DNA from: a virus
Direction: 5' to 3' (one strand)
Virus record (IMG/VR): IMGVR_UViG_3300032116_000031
Span: 64,001-128,000 of that record
DNA length: 64,000 nucleotides
The notes below the pieces were generated by a model. That model made no database searches, was not told where the DNA came from, and worked only from the letters and a program-made list of their open reading frames with translations. The translations under genes were made by a program, and so were the position numbers. Positions within the stretch are counted from its first letter, which is position 1, and the number at the start of each line of letters is the position of its first letter. Of this stretch, positions 1 through 10,209 are shown one piece after another.

Positions 1-92
1 AACTCCAATTCGTCCCCTAAATTTCGCTTCATTACAGGTAGCAAATTTTCAGGAAATGGAACCTCTCTATTTAATAATTTACTATTTGCCAT
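1..92 (-). CDS. 5' end of a hypothetical protein running off the window (MANSKLLNREVPFPENF...)
   Basis: ATG at 92-90, frame open to the window edge. Confidence 0.5.
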   Translation of the reverse strand, partial: MANSKLLNREVPFPENLLPVMKRNLGDELE

Positions 93-97
93 AATTT

Positions 98-203
98 ATA
101 ATGTATTGATTTTTAGTTAATTATAAAGGAAAAAATATGCTTTTGGGTTTTCGACACTGTTATATAATAATTTACTAAAAGCATATTAGTTTTCTATATA
201 TTA
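98..203. repeat. Copy 1 of a ~90-105 bp palindromic intergenic element
   Basis: AATATGCTTTTGG(134-146)...CTAAAAGCATATT(175-187); near-identical to 26291-26380 and 26481-26586. Confidence 0.9.
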
Positions 204-650
204 TTTAAGCAAATCCGTAAGTTCTTTTGTATAGTTTTCAGGCATTTTATTCCAATCTACTTCCTGCATTATATCTTTTAGGATTATAGCAACAACCTCA
301 TTAAAATTATCTTCTTCAACGTTAGTCAGATTGGTTTTAAATGTTAAATAAGCTTGTTTTAAACCCTTTTCATTTAAAATATCTAAAATATTTATTTCGC
401 TAATTTTTTCATTAGTTTTAACCTCTTGTTCTTGTTCTTCCTCCTCTTGTTCTCTAACAAACCAACCGTTAGGGTATGTTTGTGTGAACTGACTTGCTTG
501 TGTCACAAAATCATCTGTTGTAGGTTGAGGTGTATTTCTGATCCTTGACAATCTAACTTCTTTATTTGAGGTAGGCATATCACCTTCAATAAAAGATAAA
601 TCAGCATTTATAATTTCCTTTAATAAACTTTCTGGTACGATAATTTTCAT
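201..650 (-). CDS. Hypothetical protein with MKIIV..LLKE leader, possible head-internal protein
   Basis: ORF 201..689; ATG at 650 lies just downstream of a TATTTATA box, so it is the preferred start. Confidence 0.65.
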   Translation of the reverse strand: MKIIVPESLLKEIINADLSFIEGDMPTSNKEVRLSRIRNTPQPTTDDFVTQASQFTQTYPNGWFVREQEEEEQEQEVKTNEKISEINILDILNEKGLKQAYLTFKTNLTNVEEDNFNEVVAIILKDIMQEVDWNKMPENYTKELTDLLK

Positions 651-658
651 TTTATGTT

Positions 659-675
659 TATTTATATTATAAATA
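659..675. promoter_or_regulatory. Back-to-back TATTTATA boxes (candidate late promoters) for divergent genes
   Basis: TATTTATA at 659-666 (+) and 668-675 (-); the same box recurs upstream of many structural genes. Confidence 0.55.
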
Positions 676-682
676 TAAAGAC

Positions 683-2329
683 TTGGCATATATTAACAGG
701 AATTATCCGACATTATTAGATTTAAGGTTATCTGATAAAGATTATTATGACATACAAATGTCTGATTACAGTGTTATTTGTAATTGCAATGACATTGTAA
801 ATCCTATTATCTGTATGAATTTTAATTCAACAGATGTAGTTTATAGTGATAATGAATGGGATATGGCTATATCTCCTTCTGGTGTTACGATAACTAATTT
901 TGGTATAACTGGATATGATAATCGTTTTTCTGATAGTTTAGATTCTTCTTGGGGGTTGGACGGCGAAAAGAGATTTTTTGTGAAGAAGGTGGACGGCGAT
1001 AATTTTTGCTACGATATTCTTAGTGGATCAACTACTCAATTATGCGGGGGCTTTTATCAGGGATTCTATAAGTTAGAAGGTTATGATTACCAGACATTAC
1101 CCGACTACTATAAAGATGGATGGACCGCAGAATTTTATTTGGCTAAAAGCGGATGTACTTGCATTTCAGAGTTACCAACCCTAAACGAAACTTATCCTAA
1201 TAACGAAGGAATATTTTATTATTACGGTACAAGAGCTGAAAATAAGTTCTGCTCTGTAAAAGAGCATTTACTCTCCTATGAGGTTTCAAGTGGGGTAACT
1301 TTCCTAAGCTCAATTATAAAAGATACTTCCCATGTAACTCCTCCAAGTGATACAGCTTCTTTCTTATTTTATAATTGTCCTACATTAAATGAATTCTATT
1401 TGAATGCAACAGGTGTGACTTTTACTCTTCCTGATTGTTGCGATAATTTAAAATACAATGCCCTCGCTTTTAGGATTACAGATGAAGGCAAAATAGGTTA
1501 TAGATACTTAGCAACTTCTGGGACTTGTGTAGCTGGTAAATACGAAGAGGATTTAATGGTTTTTGAAAAATATAGTACCGAAAACATTTTTGTAGATGAC
1601 ACATTTAGGTTAGTTACCATTAAATTTAAAAACGATGAACACTTAACCTGCAAACCCGAAGAACAAACTTTTGGTGTACTTAGCATATACGTTGACGGTT
1701 ATTTGAAATTAAGGGAATATAATTTCCCTAATATTATACCTCAAGCCTTTGATGATTTAGCTTCTAAACAATTAGGTGTACCATACAACATAAGTATTGG
1801 CGGTGGAACCCAAGGCTTGTTAGAAATGCAGACCGATACTCCAACTGAATATGAAGTTTGTGATTATAAATTTTATTTAAAGAAAGATCAAAAATTCAAA
1901 GGAGCTAGGATAAACGGAGTCGATTATTTTACAGTTGTAGATTACGATATTACTATACCTGATGAAATAGTCTCATTCTTAACGCAGCACTTGGATAATA
2001 AATTCGCTGAAATAGAAACTAAAATAACCAGCAATTATGTTGAATTTATTTGTAGATTTGTAGTAGATGATTTCGAGAAAGTATTTTATTCTGTTGATGT
2101 AACTGAAGGTATAACAGACGCTTGTTGTAATCCTAATTTACCAGAATATTCACAAAGCAGTCTTTTGAAAATAAATTGTTTTAAATTCACCACTGATAAC
2201 AATATTTGTGGTATTTTAGAAGAAAATTTTGCAGGTAGCTTTATAGGTCAAATAAAAAGCTTTTGTTTATACGGTCAACCCTTAGATTATCAAGCTATTA
2301 AATGTAATTACAATATATATAACTCTTAA
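683..2329 (+). CDS. Cys-rich virion structural protein with LamG/concanavalin-like segments
   Basis: 548 aa ORF; LSIYVDGYLK and FIGQIKSFCLYGQPL resemble LamG strands; 21 Cys. Confidence 0.5.
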   Translation: MAYINRNYPTLLDLRLSDKDYYDIQMSDYSVICNCNDIVNPIICMNFNSTDVVYSDNEWDMAISPSGVTITNFGITGYDNRFSDSLDSSWGLDGEKRFFVKKVDGDNFCYDILSGSTTQLCGGFYQGFYKLEGYDYQTLPDYYKDGWTAEFYLAKSGCTCISELPTLNETYPNNEGIFYYYGTRAENKFCSVKEHLLSYEVSSGVTFLSSIIKDTSHVTPPSDTASFLFYNCPTLNEFYLNATGVTFTLPDCCDNLKYNALAFRITDEGKIGYRYLATSGTCVAGKYEEDLMVFEKYSTENIFVDDTFRLVTIKFKNDEHLTCKPEEQTFGVLSIYVDGYLKLREYNFPNIIPQAFDDLASKQLGVPYNISIGGGTQGLLEMQTDTPTEYEVCDYKFYLKKDQKFKGARINGVDYFTVVDYDITIPDEIVSFLTQHLDNKFAEIETKITSNYVEFICRFVVDDFEKVFYSVDVTEGITDACCNPNLPEYSQSSLLKINCFKFTTDNNICGILEENFAGSFIGQIKSFCLYGQPLDYQAIKCNYNIYNS

Positions 2330-2339
2330 AGACCATAAT

Positions 2340-2693
2340 ATGAACTTTTATATAAAAGAAAATTCAACTTTACCTGTTCTAACAATGGAATTAATACAGA
2401 ATGGTATTAGTTCAAATAAAACTATGAATGAGCGGTTACAGAATGCAAACATTACTTTTTTTATGGAAGAAGTAGGTAGTTGTATTCCTGTAATTCAATG
2501 TGCGCCTTGCTGTATCTTGGTAGAACAAGAATGCAGCGATTGTCATGAAAAGGTTTACATTCAATATAAGTGGACCTTAGAGGATACAGCTAGAAAAGGT
2601 AAATATAAAGGGTGGTTTGAAATAACCTTTAATGACGATCAATCTGTTTTAATTGCACCCATTAGACAAACTCTTGATATAACAATTTTGTAA
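2340..2693 (+). CDS. Small virion protein, BppU N-terminal-like Ig fold
   Basis: FYIKENSTLP...YIQYKWTLEDT..KG.YKGWFEITF pattern. Confidence 0.45.
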   Translation: MNFYIKENSTLPVLTMELIQNGISSNKTMNERLQNANITFFMEEVGSCIPVIQCAPCCILVEQECSDCHEKVYIQYKWTLEDTARKGKYKGWFEITFNDDQSVLIAPIRQTLDITIL

Positions 2694-2698
2694 AAATA

Positions 2699-2730
2699 TT
2701 TGAGTTTTAAGGATTTTATGTTTACCTTTG
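2699..2730 (+). promoter_or_regulatory. Bacteroidota sigma70-type promoter (-33 TTTG / -7 TAnnTTTG) for the DNA polymerase
   Basis: TTTG 2699-2702, 20 nt spacer, TACCTTTG 2723-2730. Confidence 0.7.
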
Positions 2731-2749
2731 CAGAAATATTATTTTTGTT

Positions 2750-5700
2750 ATGAAAGGTGAATTAAAACGATTAAAAATTGAAGATATTGAATCCCTTCTT
2801 CACGGCTTTGATCCAGAGGAAGGGATTCGTTATATCGACTGTAATAACTTTTCTAATGAAGTTAAAATCTTTATTAGAAAAAACAGTGATGATAATGTAA
2901 CTATTAAAAAAGATACTTATAGACCTTTTTTATGGTTTAAGGGATTTGATTTTGATAGGGATTTTAAGTGGGAATATTTCGCCGTCCACATCACAGACTA
3001 CAACAAAGAAGAAAATACAATCTTCTATGATAATAAAATTCACCATCTAAATGAACACTTAGAAGTTGTAGGTGAAGTTAATAATGGTAGTGAATGTGTT
3101 CTAAGACGCTATCTATCTGATATAAAAGATAGACGTAAACTTTGCTTTAACAAAATGAAGCAATACAACGTCGAAATATCAGAGCAAATAACCCATATAG
3201 ATGAATCCAATAAAGTCGAAAGGCTCGAGGAGGGCTTCAAATATTTGGTTCATATAAATCCCCCACAAGAAGAAACCAAATACGATAACCCCTTAATATG
3301 TTACAATAAGAAAGGCGAAATCAAAAAAATCAATGGTAGTTTCAATAACCTAATTGATTTCTTCTTTGAGGGTGGTTTAGATATATGGAAAAGATCAGGT
3401 ATTTTCCTTGACCCATCTAAATTAAAGAGCTTTTGGTCCGATTCAACTGATTACCAAAAGCTGCTATTCTTTTTTGGCTTCCCAGCTAAAAACTTATTAT
3501 TTTCATTCCTAGATAAAAACGATGAAAATAATGAATACTTAGATCAGGATATACTAAAAAATAGTAGCGAAATTGATTATGAAGAAATCATCCATTTAAC
3601 ATTTGTAATATTCAATGAGAATGTTAGACAATCAAAATTATTTGAATTCTACGAAAAGAAAATCAAGAATAATGATATAGAGTTTCTTCAAAACCATAGT
3701 GATAAATTTGTTAAACATCTTAAACTAAAAATAGATGAAAATAAATTAGACTTCTTAGTGCAAGAAGAATTCTCTTTTGATTCTAAAAAAGGTTTTGCTA
3801 ATCTTAATACTCTATTCATAGATAACGGAATTGATTTATTTGTAGGTGAAGATAAGGTTTTCTATAAACTATCCGCTATTGAACAATATATGATTCAAAG
3901 TGGCAAAAGATTATTTAAGGGCTTTGAAGAATATCCTGAACTGAAAAGTTTAACAATGGATATTGAAACTAAAGGTCTACCTGAATTCTCATACAGGAAA
4001 GATGCAGCCTTGCATCCTACAATGGGTATGATCTTTAAAATAGGTATGTATTGCAACAATGGATATGAGAAAGTACTAAACGCAACGAATCAGGAAGAAG
4101 AATTAGAAATAATAGAGGAATTCTTTAGGATAACAATGGAGTTAAATCCAGACTTATTCTTGACATATAACGGCGAAGGCTTTGACTTTCCATTTATAGT
4201 TAAAAGATACGAAATATTAAAGAAATTATCAGATGAATATGAAACTTTTAATGCTATTAGGGATTTAATAAAAGATTATTATAAAAACCCTGAAGAAATT
4301 TATATTTCAAAAAATAATCTCTTTAACAGAAGAGAAGGTAATCTTAAAGTAGGTGGTAATAGTGAAACTTACACACAGACAAGCATATTAGGTATTAATA
4401 TGTGTGATACAATGTTTGCTGTAAAAAGAGCTTCCGCTATCAATAAATCTATCCCGAACTTTAAATTGAAAGATAACATTAAGTTTGCTAAATTAGCTAA
4501 ACCTAATCGTGTTTATGTTGAAGGAAATAAAATTGGCGATATTGAAAATTCTACTGCTCCATTCTATCTGAATGTTGAAAACGGTGATTGGTTTAAATAC
4601 CAAAAGGAAATTGCTTTTGAAAAAGGTATATATTCTTTTGATAAAGTAAAAAGGAAATCATTACAAACACAAGTATACGACAATGAGAACACATTATATC
4701 TTTGGGATGAAGAATATGATAAGATGTTTATGGATTCTTGTGTGAACACCTTAAAATTCACACCTGATGATGTAGAAGGCTTCTTTAAAACTGTATATGA
4801 GAAGTTTAAGAATTACGATAGACTGTGCTTTAGAATTGATGAATTTGTAGGTAAATGGTTAGAAAAGGAAGATAAAGTTAAATATGATTTTTTATATAAT
4901 GAATTAAAAAAATTAAGAACTAATTTAACTAATATCTCACTGTTCTATCCTGATAAAGATCTATCAAAATATATTAAAACTACTGGTGAAGATATTATCA
5001 GAAGATATTTGATAGATGATTTATGGGAAACGAATAAGTTAGATGAATTTTACAGTCAAGCTACTTTTTTGATTTCTAAGTGGTTGCCTACTTCATATCA
5101 AAGGGCTGCAACTATGGGTGGTGCTTCTGTATGGAAATTGCTTTTATCCGCATATTCTTACCAATATGGTTTAGGTATACCTAATTACGATGAACCAAAA
5201 GAATTTACTGGAGGACTTGTAGCAATGATTTCAGCGGGATATCACGGTAAGTCTTTTAAAGCCGACTTTTCTTCCCTTTATCCAGCTGAATTTTACGTGC
5301 ATGTTAATTCGCCTAAAATTGACTTGTACGGGGTTTATAAGCTCTTTATGTATTACGGCTGGTCTACTAGGATAAAGTACAAGCAGCTGATGAATGAGCA
5401 TAAAGAGAAGGGAGAATTGAGCCTAAGTAAGAAGTTTGAAGTACGTCAGTTACCTATCAAAATTCTTATCAACAGTTTTTATGGTATGATGGGTGCAGCT
5501 GGTGTAACACCATTTGCTGATTTGGTTGTAGCGCAAGGTATTACTTGTAATGGAAGACAACATTTGAGGCATCTTATTAAATGGTTTGCTGAAAAGGGAT
5601 ATGTTGCTACTATTGCTCACACTGACGGTGTTTTCTTTTCAATTAACGATGTTGATTTGGAATACAAGTACACTGGTAGAGGTATAAATTGGTTGGTAAC

Positions 5701-6838
5701 TAAAGGAAAAGAATATGTAGGCATTGCGGCACACGTTGCTGAATATAATGATTCTTTCATGAAGGGTATTATGGGTTTAGATATTGATGAAATTGTTGAA
5801 TCAGTTATTAACTTTTCAAAAGGTAATTACATTTACTTAAAAGAAGTTAAAGACAAGAAGACTGGTGAGGTGACAAATAAAATTGAAGTTATTGGAGGAG
5901 CTATCATTAAGAAGACTCAATCTGAATATATCACTGAATTTGTAGATAAAGAGGTTATTAAGTTAATGCAAAACAAACCCTTGGAATTTATAAATGCTTA
6001 TTGGGATTATATTAAGAAGATTGAAGAACAAAAAATTAATGTGAAGCTTATTGCATCTAAGGCTAAAATTAAAAAGACAAAAGCAGAATACTTGCAACAT
6101 ATTAAGGGGACTAATAAAAATGGTGCTCCACTGAATAGGCAAGTGCATATGGAATTATTGATTAATAACGATTTGGATATAGAACTTGGTGATGTAGTAT
6201 ATTATGTTAATAGCGGTAAATCCAAGGACGATAAAGACAGTTTGAGTCCTGCTACTACATTTGCTACTTGTGAATTAGGTGAATTGGATTTGAAGCAAAT
6301 TAACAATGTGATTAAAACAAGGAATCCTGAATACATTAAAACATTTCTATTAGGTATTCATAATAGAGGTTTATTAACTGTTAATCAGAAGGTGTTGGAC
6401 GGCGATATTTATGCAATTTTGGATGATATTGATAAGTGGAAAAATATCAAAACCAAAATTAGGAACTTGAAAAAAGGTGTGTTCGTGGATTTTATTAAGG
6501 TTGAATATGTGATTAACTGTTCTATTATTGATAGTTTCTCTGATTCACAAACAGTCAACTATAACACTGATCTTTATATCAATAAGTTCAATTCGGCTGT
6601 ACACCCACTTTTCGTATGTTTTAAACCAGAGATTAGAGAAAAGCTTATGATTAACTCATACGAAGATAGGCCCTTTATTTTAGAGCAAGATTTGACTTTG
6701 ATTAATAGCATACCATTCGAGAACCAAGCTAAAAATCAAGCTACTTATGAAGAAGTAATGGTTGTTACACCTGAAGAAATGGAGTATTGGAATTTAGTAG
6801 AAACTAATCCCGAAGACTTTGTTATAGAGCGTAAATAA
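2750..6838 (+). CDS. polB: Family B DNA polymerase with large insertions
   Basis: ExoI DIET, ExoII YNGEGFDFPFI, ExoIII YLIDD, motif A DFSSLYP, motif B KILINSFYG, motif C HTDG. Confidence 0.93.
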   Translation: MKGELKRLKIEDIESLLHGFDPEEGIRYIDCNNFSNEVKIFIRKNSDDNVTIKKDTYRPFLWFKGFDFDRDFKWEYFAVHITDYNKEENTIFYDNKIHHLNEHLEVVGEVNNGSECVLRRYLSDIKDRRKLCFNKMKQYNVEISEQITHIDESNKVERLEEGFKYLVHINPPQEETKYDNPLICYNKKGEIKKINGSFNNLIDFFFEGGLDIWKRSGIFLDPSKLKSFWSDSTDYQKLLFFFGFPAKNLLFSFLDKNDENNEYLDQDILKNSSEIDYEEIIHLTFVIFNENVRQSKLFEFYEKKIKNNDIEFLQNHSDKFVKHLKLKIDENKLDFLVQEEFSFDSKKGFANLNTLFIDNGIDLFVGEDKVFYKLSAIEQYMIQSGKRLFKGFEEYPELKSLTMDIETKGLPEFSYRKDAALHPTMGMIFKIGMYCNNGYEKVLNATNQEEELEIIEEFFRITMELNPDLFLTYNGEGFDFPFIVKRYEILKKLSDEYETFNAIRDLIKDYYKNPEEIYISKNNLFNRREGNLKVGGNSETYTQTSILGINMCDTMFAVKRASAINKSIPNFKLKDNIKFAKLAKPNRVYVEGNKIGDIENSTAPFYLNVENGDWFKYQKEIAFEKGIYSFDKVKRKSLQTQVYDNENTLYLWDEEYDKMFMDSCVNTLKFTPDDVEGFFKTVYEKFKNYDRLCFRIDEFVGKWLEKEDKVKYDFLYNELKKLRTNLTNISLFYPDKDLSKYIKTTGEDIIRRYLIDDLWETNKLDEFYSQATFLISKWLPTSYQRAATMGGASVWKLLLSAYSYQYGLGIPNYDEPKEFTGGLVAMISAGYHGKSFKADFSSLYPAEFYVHVNSPKIDLYGVYKLFMYYGWSTRIKYKQLMNEHKEKGELSLSKKFEVRQLPIKILINSFYGMMGAAGVTPFADLVVAQGITCNGRQHLRHLIKWFAEKGYVATIAHTDGVFFSINDVDLEYKYTGRGINWLVTKGKEYVGIAAHVAEYNDSFMKGIMGLDIDEIVESVINFSKGNYIYLKEVKDKKTGEVTNKIEVIGGAIIKKTQSEYITEFVDKEVIKLMQNKPLEFINAYWDYIKKIEEQKINVKLIASKAKIKKTKAEYLQHIKGTNKNGAPLNRQVHMELLINNDLDIELGDVVYYVNSGKSKDDKDSLSPATTFATCELGELDLKQINNVIKTRNPEYIKTFLLGIHNRGLLTVNQKVLDGDIYAILDDIDKWKNIKTKIRNLKKGVFVDFIKVEYVINCSIIDSFSDSQTVNYNTDLYINKFNSAVHPLFVCFKPEIREKLMINSYEDRPFILEQDLTLINSIPFENQAKNQATYEEVMVVTPEEMEYWNLVETNPEDFVIERK

Positions 6839-6840
6839 TG

Positions 6841-6875
6841 AAAAAGCGGTTGATTCATTTCAACCGCTTTTTTTT
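6841..6875. terminator. Bidirectional intrinsic terminator
   Basis: AAAAAGCGGTTGA-loop-TCAACCGCTTTTT between convergent genes. Confidence 0.85.
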
Positions 6876-7251
6876 ATTCCTCGTATATTTTTCTATTTAT
6901 ATATCCGTATTTCTTTACAAGTTCGCCTGCCTTAGCATTTGCTTCATTTTCTATATCTCCACCTACATCTTTAATTTCGCCGTCCAACTCCCTATCCTCA
7001 TACTGCTTATAGTGAACTAACTCATGTGCTAAACTTCTCATTATATCAGCTAATAATCTATTCTTACCATAAACCATTATAATAGGCTTAAATCCAGAAT
7101 TCTTATCAAAGCTAAAATTAGCAAATGTTTTTAACCCATCCTTGTTATTCTTAATAACAATACTAGGATATTTTTTTAAGGATAATTCCTTATAGCAAAA
7201 TTCGCAAAAATTAATTAACGTCTGCTTTCTATGTTTTCCTAAAAAACTCAT
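6874..7251 (-). CDS. Small zincin-like metallopeptidase
   Basis: LAHELVH (HExxH) and a downstream ENEA. Confidence 0.65.
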   Translation of the reverse strand: MSFLGKHRKQTLINFCEFCYKELSLKKYPSIVIKNNKDGLKTFANFSFDKNSGFKPIIMVYGKNRLLADIMRSLAHELVHYKQYEDRELDGEIKDVGGDIENEANAKAGELVKKYGYINRKIYEE

Positions 7252-7288
7252 AACTATAAATATATTTATATTATAAATTTTTAATCAA

Positions 7289-7984
7289 TTGTTGCAAAAG
7301 ACTTATGTATTGGGAGATTTGCATAATAACTATAAAGGTCTTATGCAACTGTTTGAGAAAGTGAATTTTAATCCTAAGAACGATGCTCTATATTTTATAG
7401 GGGATATATTTGAAGGTACAGCTAAAGATAGCTACGAATGCTTAAAGGAATTATCAAAAATAAATCATCTCTATCCATGTATGGGAAACCATGATTTATG
7501 GGTAAAACAATGGATTATAACTGGTAAAATTAATAAGTCTTGGCTTAAATCTGGTGGATCTATAACAATAGAGAACTTAACTAAACACGAAGATTATTTA
7601 ATACTCCTAAGTGATTACTTTAAAAAAGTAAAGTACTGGTATAACTACAATCAATACTTCTTATGCCACGCAGGCTTTGATACCCGTAAATCAGTAACCT
7701 CCCAAAAAGAAATTAATTTTACTATTAATAGATCCCTTTGGCAAAAAGCTTTGGTTGCAGATAGTCAAAATAAAAAATTGAAATATAATTTTAACAATAT
7801 GAATTTCACATTTGAAAAAGTAATTATAGGGCATACGCCTACAACATCCCATAAACCAGAGATATTATCAAATGTTATTAACATTGATACAGGTTCGGGA
7901 AATGTAGGAAGATTGACCTTGATGGATTTAAACAACCAAGAATATTATCAAAGTGATTTATTAAAAAAACTTTATAAGCTTTAG
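7289..7984 (+). CDS. Metallophosphoesterase (lambda Ser/Thr phosphatase-like)
   Basis: GDLH, GD, GNHD, HAG, GHT, IDTG motifs. Confidence 0.88.
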   Translation: MLQKTYVLGDLHNNYKGLMQLFEKVNFNPKNDALYFIGDIFEGTAKDSYECLKELSKINHLYPCMGNHDLWVKQWIITGKINKSWLKSGGSITIENLTKHEDYLILLSDYFKKVKYWYNYNQYFLCHAGFDTRKSVTSQKEINFTINRSLWQKALVADSQNKKLKYNFNNMNFTFEKVIIGHTPTTSHKPEILSNVINIDTGSGNVGRLTLMDLNNQEYYQSDLLKKLYKL

Positions 7985-8157
7985 TCTTTTAATTCAAATG
8001 TTTCTGGATCACGCCCTTGCTTATTTGCAGTAGCATAGTAAACTGCTTTAGCTCTTTTCTTACCGTATTTCTCAATCATTTTATTCATTACTGATTTATC
8101 GTATTCAGACATAATATCTTCAAACTCCTTCAAATTCATTTTTAAAATTTTTGCCAT
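7981..8157 (-). CDS. 58 aa hypothetical protein below the ORF-track cutoff (MAKILKMNLKEFEDIMSE...YYATANKQGRDPETFELKD)
   Basis: Fills the gap exactly; TATTTATT box upstream at 8176-8183. Confidence 0.7.
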   Translation of the reverse strand: MAKILKMNLKEFEDIMSEYDKSVMNKMIEKYGKKRAKAVYYATANKQGRDPETFELKD

Positions 8158-8191
8158 AATTTTCTTATATTTCTAAATAAATATCATTTAT

Positions 8192-8707
8192 ATGAGAAAA
8201 CCTACACCAGAATACTTAGAAAGAAGTATTAAATTTGTGGATAATGAAGTGCAATTATCGAAATATCTGAAAGTAAAAGACTTTATTAAATCCGAAACAG
8301 CAACAGCACGTAAAATAGATAATAGGCTTCCTGAAAGCCTACTTGAAAACGCTAAGAAAATAGCGGCAATGTATGATGCAATCTATGACAGGTTTAACGG
8401 TAATATCAGTTTAAATTCTGGCTATAGATCCCCAAGACTAAACACTGCTGTTCGTGGATCATCAACTTCCCAACATGTATTCGCATTAGCTATTGATGTT
8501 AGAGGTAAAAATGGCGTTAAAAATGCAGATATATTGAATTGGGTTAGGAGCAATATGAAATATCAACAGCTAATATGGGAATACGGTACAAGTAAAGAAC
8601 CTAAATGGGTTCATATAGGACATGGTACCAAAATGCAATTTTTGAGAATTGGAGTAGCTACAACAAGAGGCTTGGGGTTGCATTTATCCGATGCTGGAGA
8701 TATTTAA
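8192..8707 (+). CDS. Peptidase M15A family endolysin
   Basis: SGYRS...SQH...AIDV...WVHI zinc-ligand pattern. Confidence 0.85.
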   Translation: MRKPTPEYLERSIKFVDNEVQLSKYLKVKDFIKSETATARKIDNRLPESLLENAKKIAAMYDAIYDRFNGNISLNSGYRSPRLNTAVRGSSTSQHVFALAIDVRGKNGVKNADILNWVRSNMKYQQLIWEYGTSKEPKWVHIGHGTKMQFLRIGVATTRGLGLHLSDAGDI

Positions 8708-9081
8708 AGCTTAAGATTCAAAATATCTTTAACTAAAAAAGCGCCATTGTTATAACTATATAAAACATCTAATGATACAGTGTGATCCTGATATTCAACA
8801 TTAACCGAGTCTATGTTAATACCTTGCATATTGGATTGCACTGTACCTATTATTTCTGATTTTATCATATCAATTGTTTGAGTATCGGCTGGTTCAAACA
8901 AATATTCTACGAGGTTACATCCGAAATCAGGTTTGTATAATCTGTTACCTTTTTTTGTTAATAAAAGATGTATTAAGTTTGATTTAACTTGTTCCTTTGT
9001 TGACTTTGTCAAGTCAAAATAGAAGCCATTATTGCTATTTTTAAAAGGGAATCTGATTCCCAAGAATTTAGTTATACTCAT
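8704..9081 (-). CDS. Baseplate wedge protein, gp25-like
   Basis: NLIHLLLTKKGNRLYKPDFGCNL..YLFEP; start MSITKFLGI chosen. Confidence 0.88.
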   Translation of the reverse strand: MSITKFLGIRFPFKNSNNGFYFDLTKSTKEQVKSNLIHLLLTKKGNRLYKPDFGCNLVEYLFEPADTQTIDMIKSEIIGTVQSNMQGINIDSVNVEYQDHTVSLDVLYSYNNGAFLVKDILNLKL

Positions 9082-9137
9082 TTTTATTTTTTTTTGATTT
9101 TTATAATATATATATAAGTCCAACGTCTGATTTATAT

Positions 9138-9755
9138 ATGGCTAATTATGTTATTGATAATCTTATGATTATATTCTCCGCGCTTTTTTCTGGCGGCGCA
9201 GGTGTTAAAATAGTGGAATATTACTTAAAAACATTAAATAAAGCAAAAGCAGAAGACTTTTTTAATGATACAAAAGAAGTAATAGATATTATAACACAAC
9301 TATCAGAAAACCCCATTATAGATAATGTTTTAATATTTAGAGGCGGCAATGGTGGTTCTGTACCCAGAGTTGGAAAAGATTATTATCTTAAATGTATATT
9401 TGAAGCACATAAAGAAGAGCCTGAAATATCTTCTTTAAAGCTCTATGAAAATATAATCCCAGATTCTAATTATATCACTATTCTTTTAACTTTGATGCAA
9501 AATAAAATGATGAATTTCAATATATCAACTATGGAAGATGGTTTATTGAAAAAAATATATTTAGCCGAAGGATTAAAATATTCCAAAATATTCACTTTAC
9601 ATCAAACAAAAGAATTTATTTTCTATATACAAATATCAACCACACAAAAAAACAATCTTGAAGATGATGTTATATTAAGATTAGAAATGGAATCTAAAAT
9701 CTTTAAATTAAGACAAATCTTCAAGAAACACTATGAAGACGGTTTTTTTAATTAA
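9138..9755 (+). CDS. Single-TM membrane protein, candidate holin
   Basis: N-terminal hydrophobic helix plus a ~170 aa soluble domain; lies near the endolysin. Confidence 0.4.
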   Translation: MANYVIDNLMIIFSALFSGGAGVKIVEYYLKTLNKAKAEDFFNDTKEVIDIITQLSENPIIDNVLIFRGGNGGSVPRVGKDYYLKCIFEAHKEEPEISSLKLYENIIPDSNYITILLTLMQNKMMNFNISTMEDGLLKKIYLAEGLKYSKIFTLHQTKEFIFYIQISTTQKNNLEDDVILRLEMESKIFKLRQIFKKHYEDGFFN

Positions 9756-10209
9756 AAAGACCTTTAATCTGTTCTTTTGCTTTCTTTCTTAATAGATCCA
9801 AACCCCAATGTAATTTTGATGAAGGGAATTTAAAAAACTCTTCAACGGTCATCCATTTATAATCTGAAACTTCTATCTCATAATCTACCGTTTGAACATT
9901 AACAAGTGGGATAAATTCTTCATAGACAATTCCTATAAAATTGTAGTAATCCATTTCACCTGTTGTATTAACAAATGAAGGGATTATTTTTATTGGTACA
10001 ATCTTACCTGTTTCTTCGTAGAATTCTCTTATAGCAGTTTCATAAGGTGTTTCATAGTTATTAGCCTTACCTCCAAAGTCGCACCATTTATTAGGCTCCT
10101 TCTCTAATTTAGGTCCTCTTTTACCCAAAAGAATTCTACCTGTGCTCAAACACACAGGTAGAACTCCAGCAGCATATTTTTTATTTTCGATTTTTATTTT
10201 TTCAATCAT
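9748..10209 (-). CDS. NUDIX hydrolase
   Basis: GGKANNYETPYETAIREFYEETG Nudix box. Confidence 0.92.
   Translation of the reverse strand: MIEKIKIENKKYAAGVLPVCLSTGRILLGKRGPKLEKEPNKWCDFGGKANNYETPYETAIREFYEETGKIVPIKIIPSFVNTTGEMDYYNFIGIVYEEFIPLVNVQTVDYEIEVSDYKWMTVEEFFKFPSSKLHWGLDLLRKKAKEQIKGLFN

Noticed and set aside
6838-7020. 60 aa hydrophobic ORF after polB
   Set aside because: Runs through the terminator hairpin and antisense to the HExxH gene
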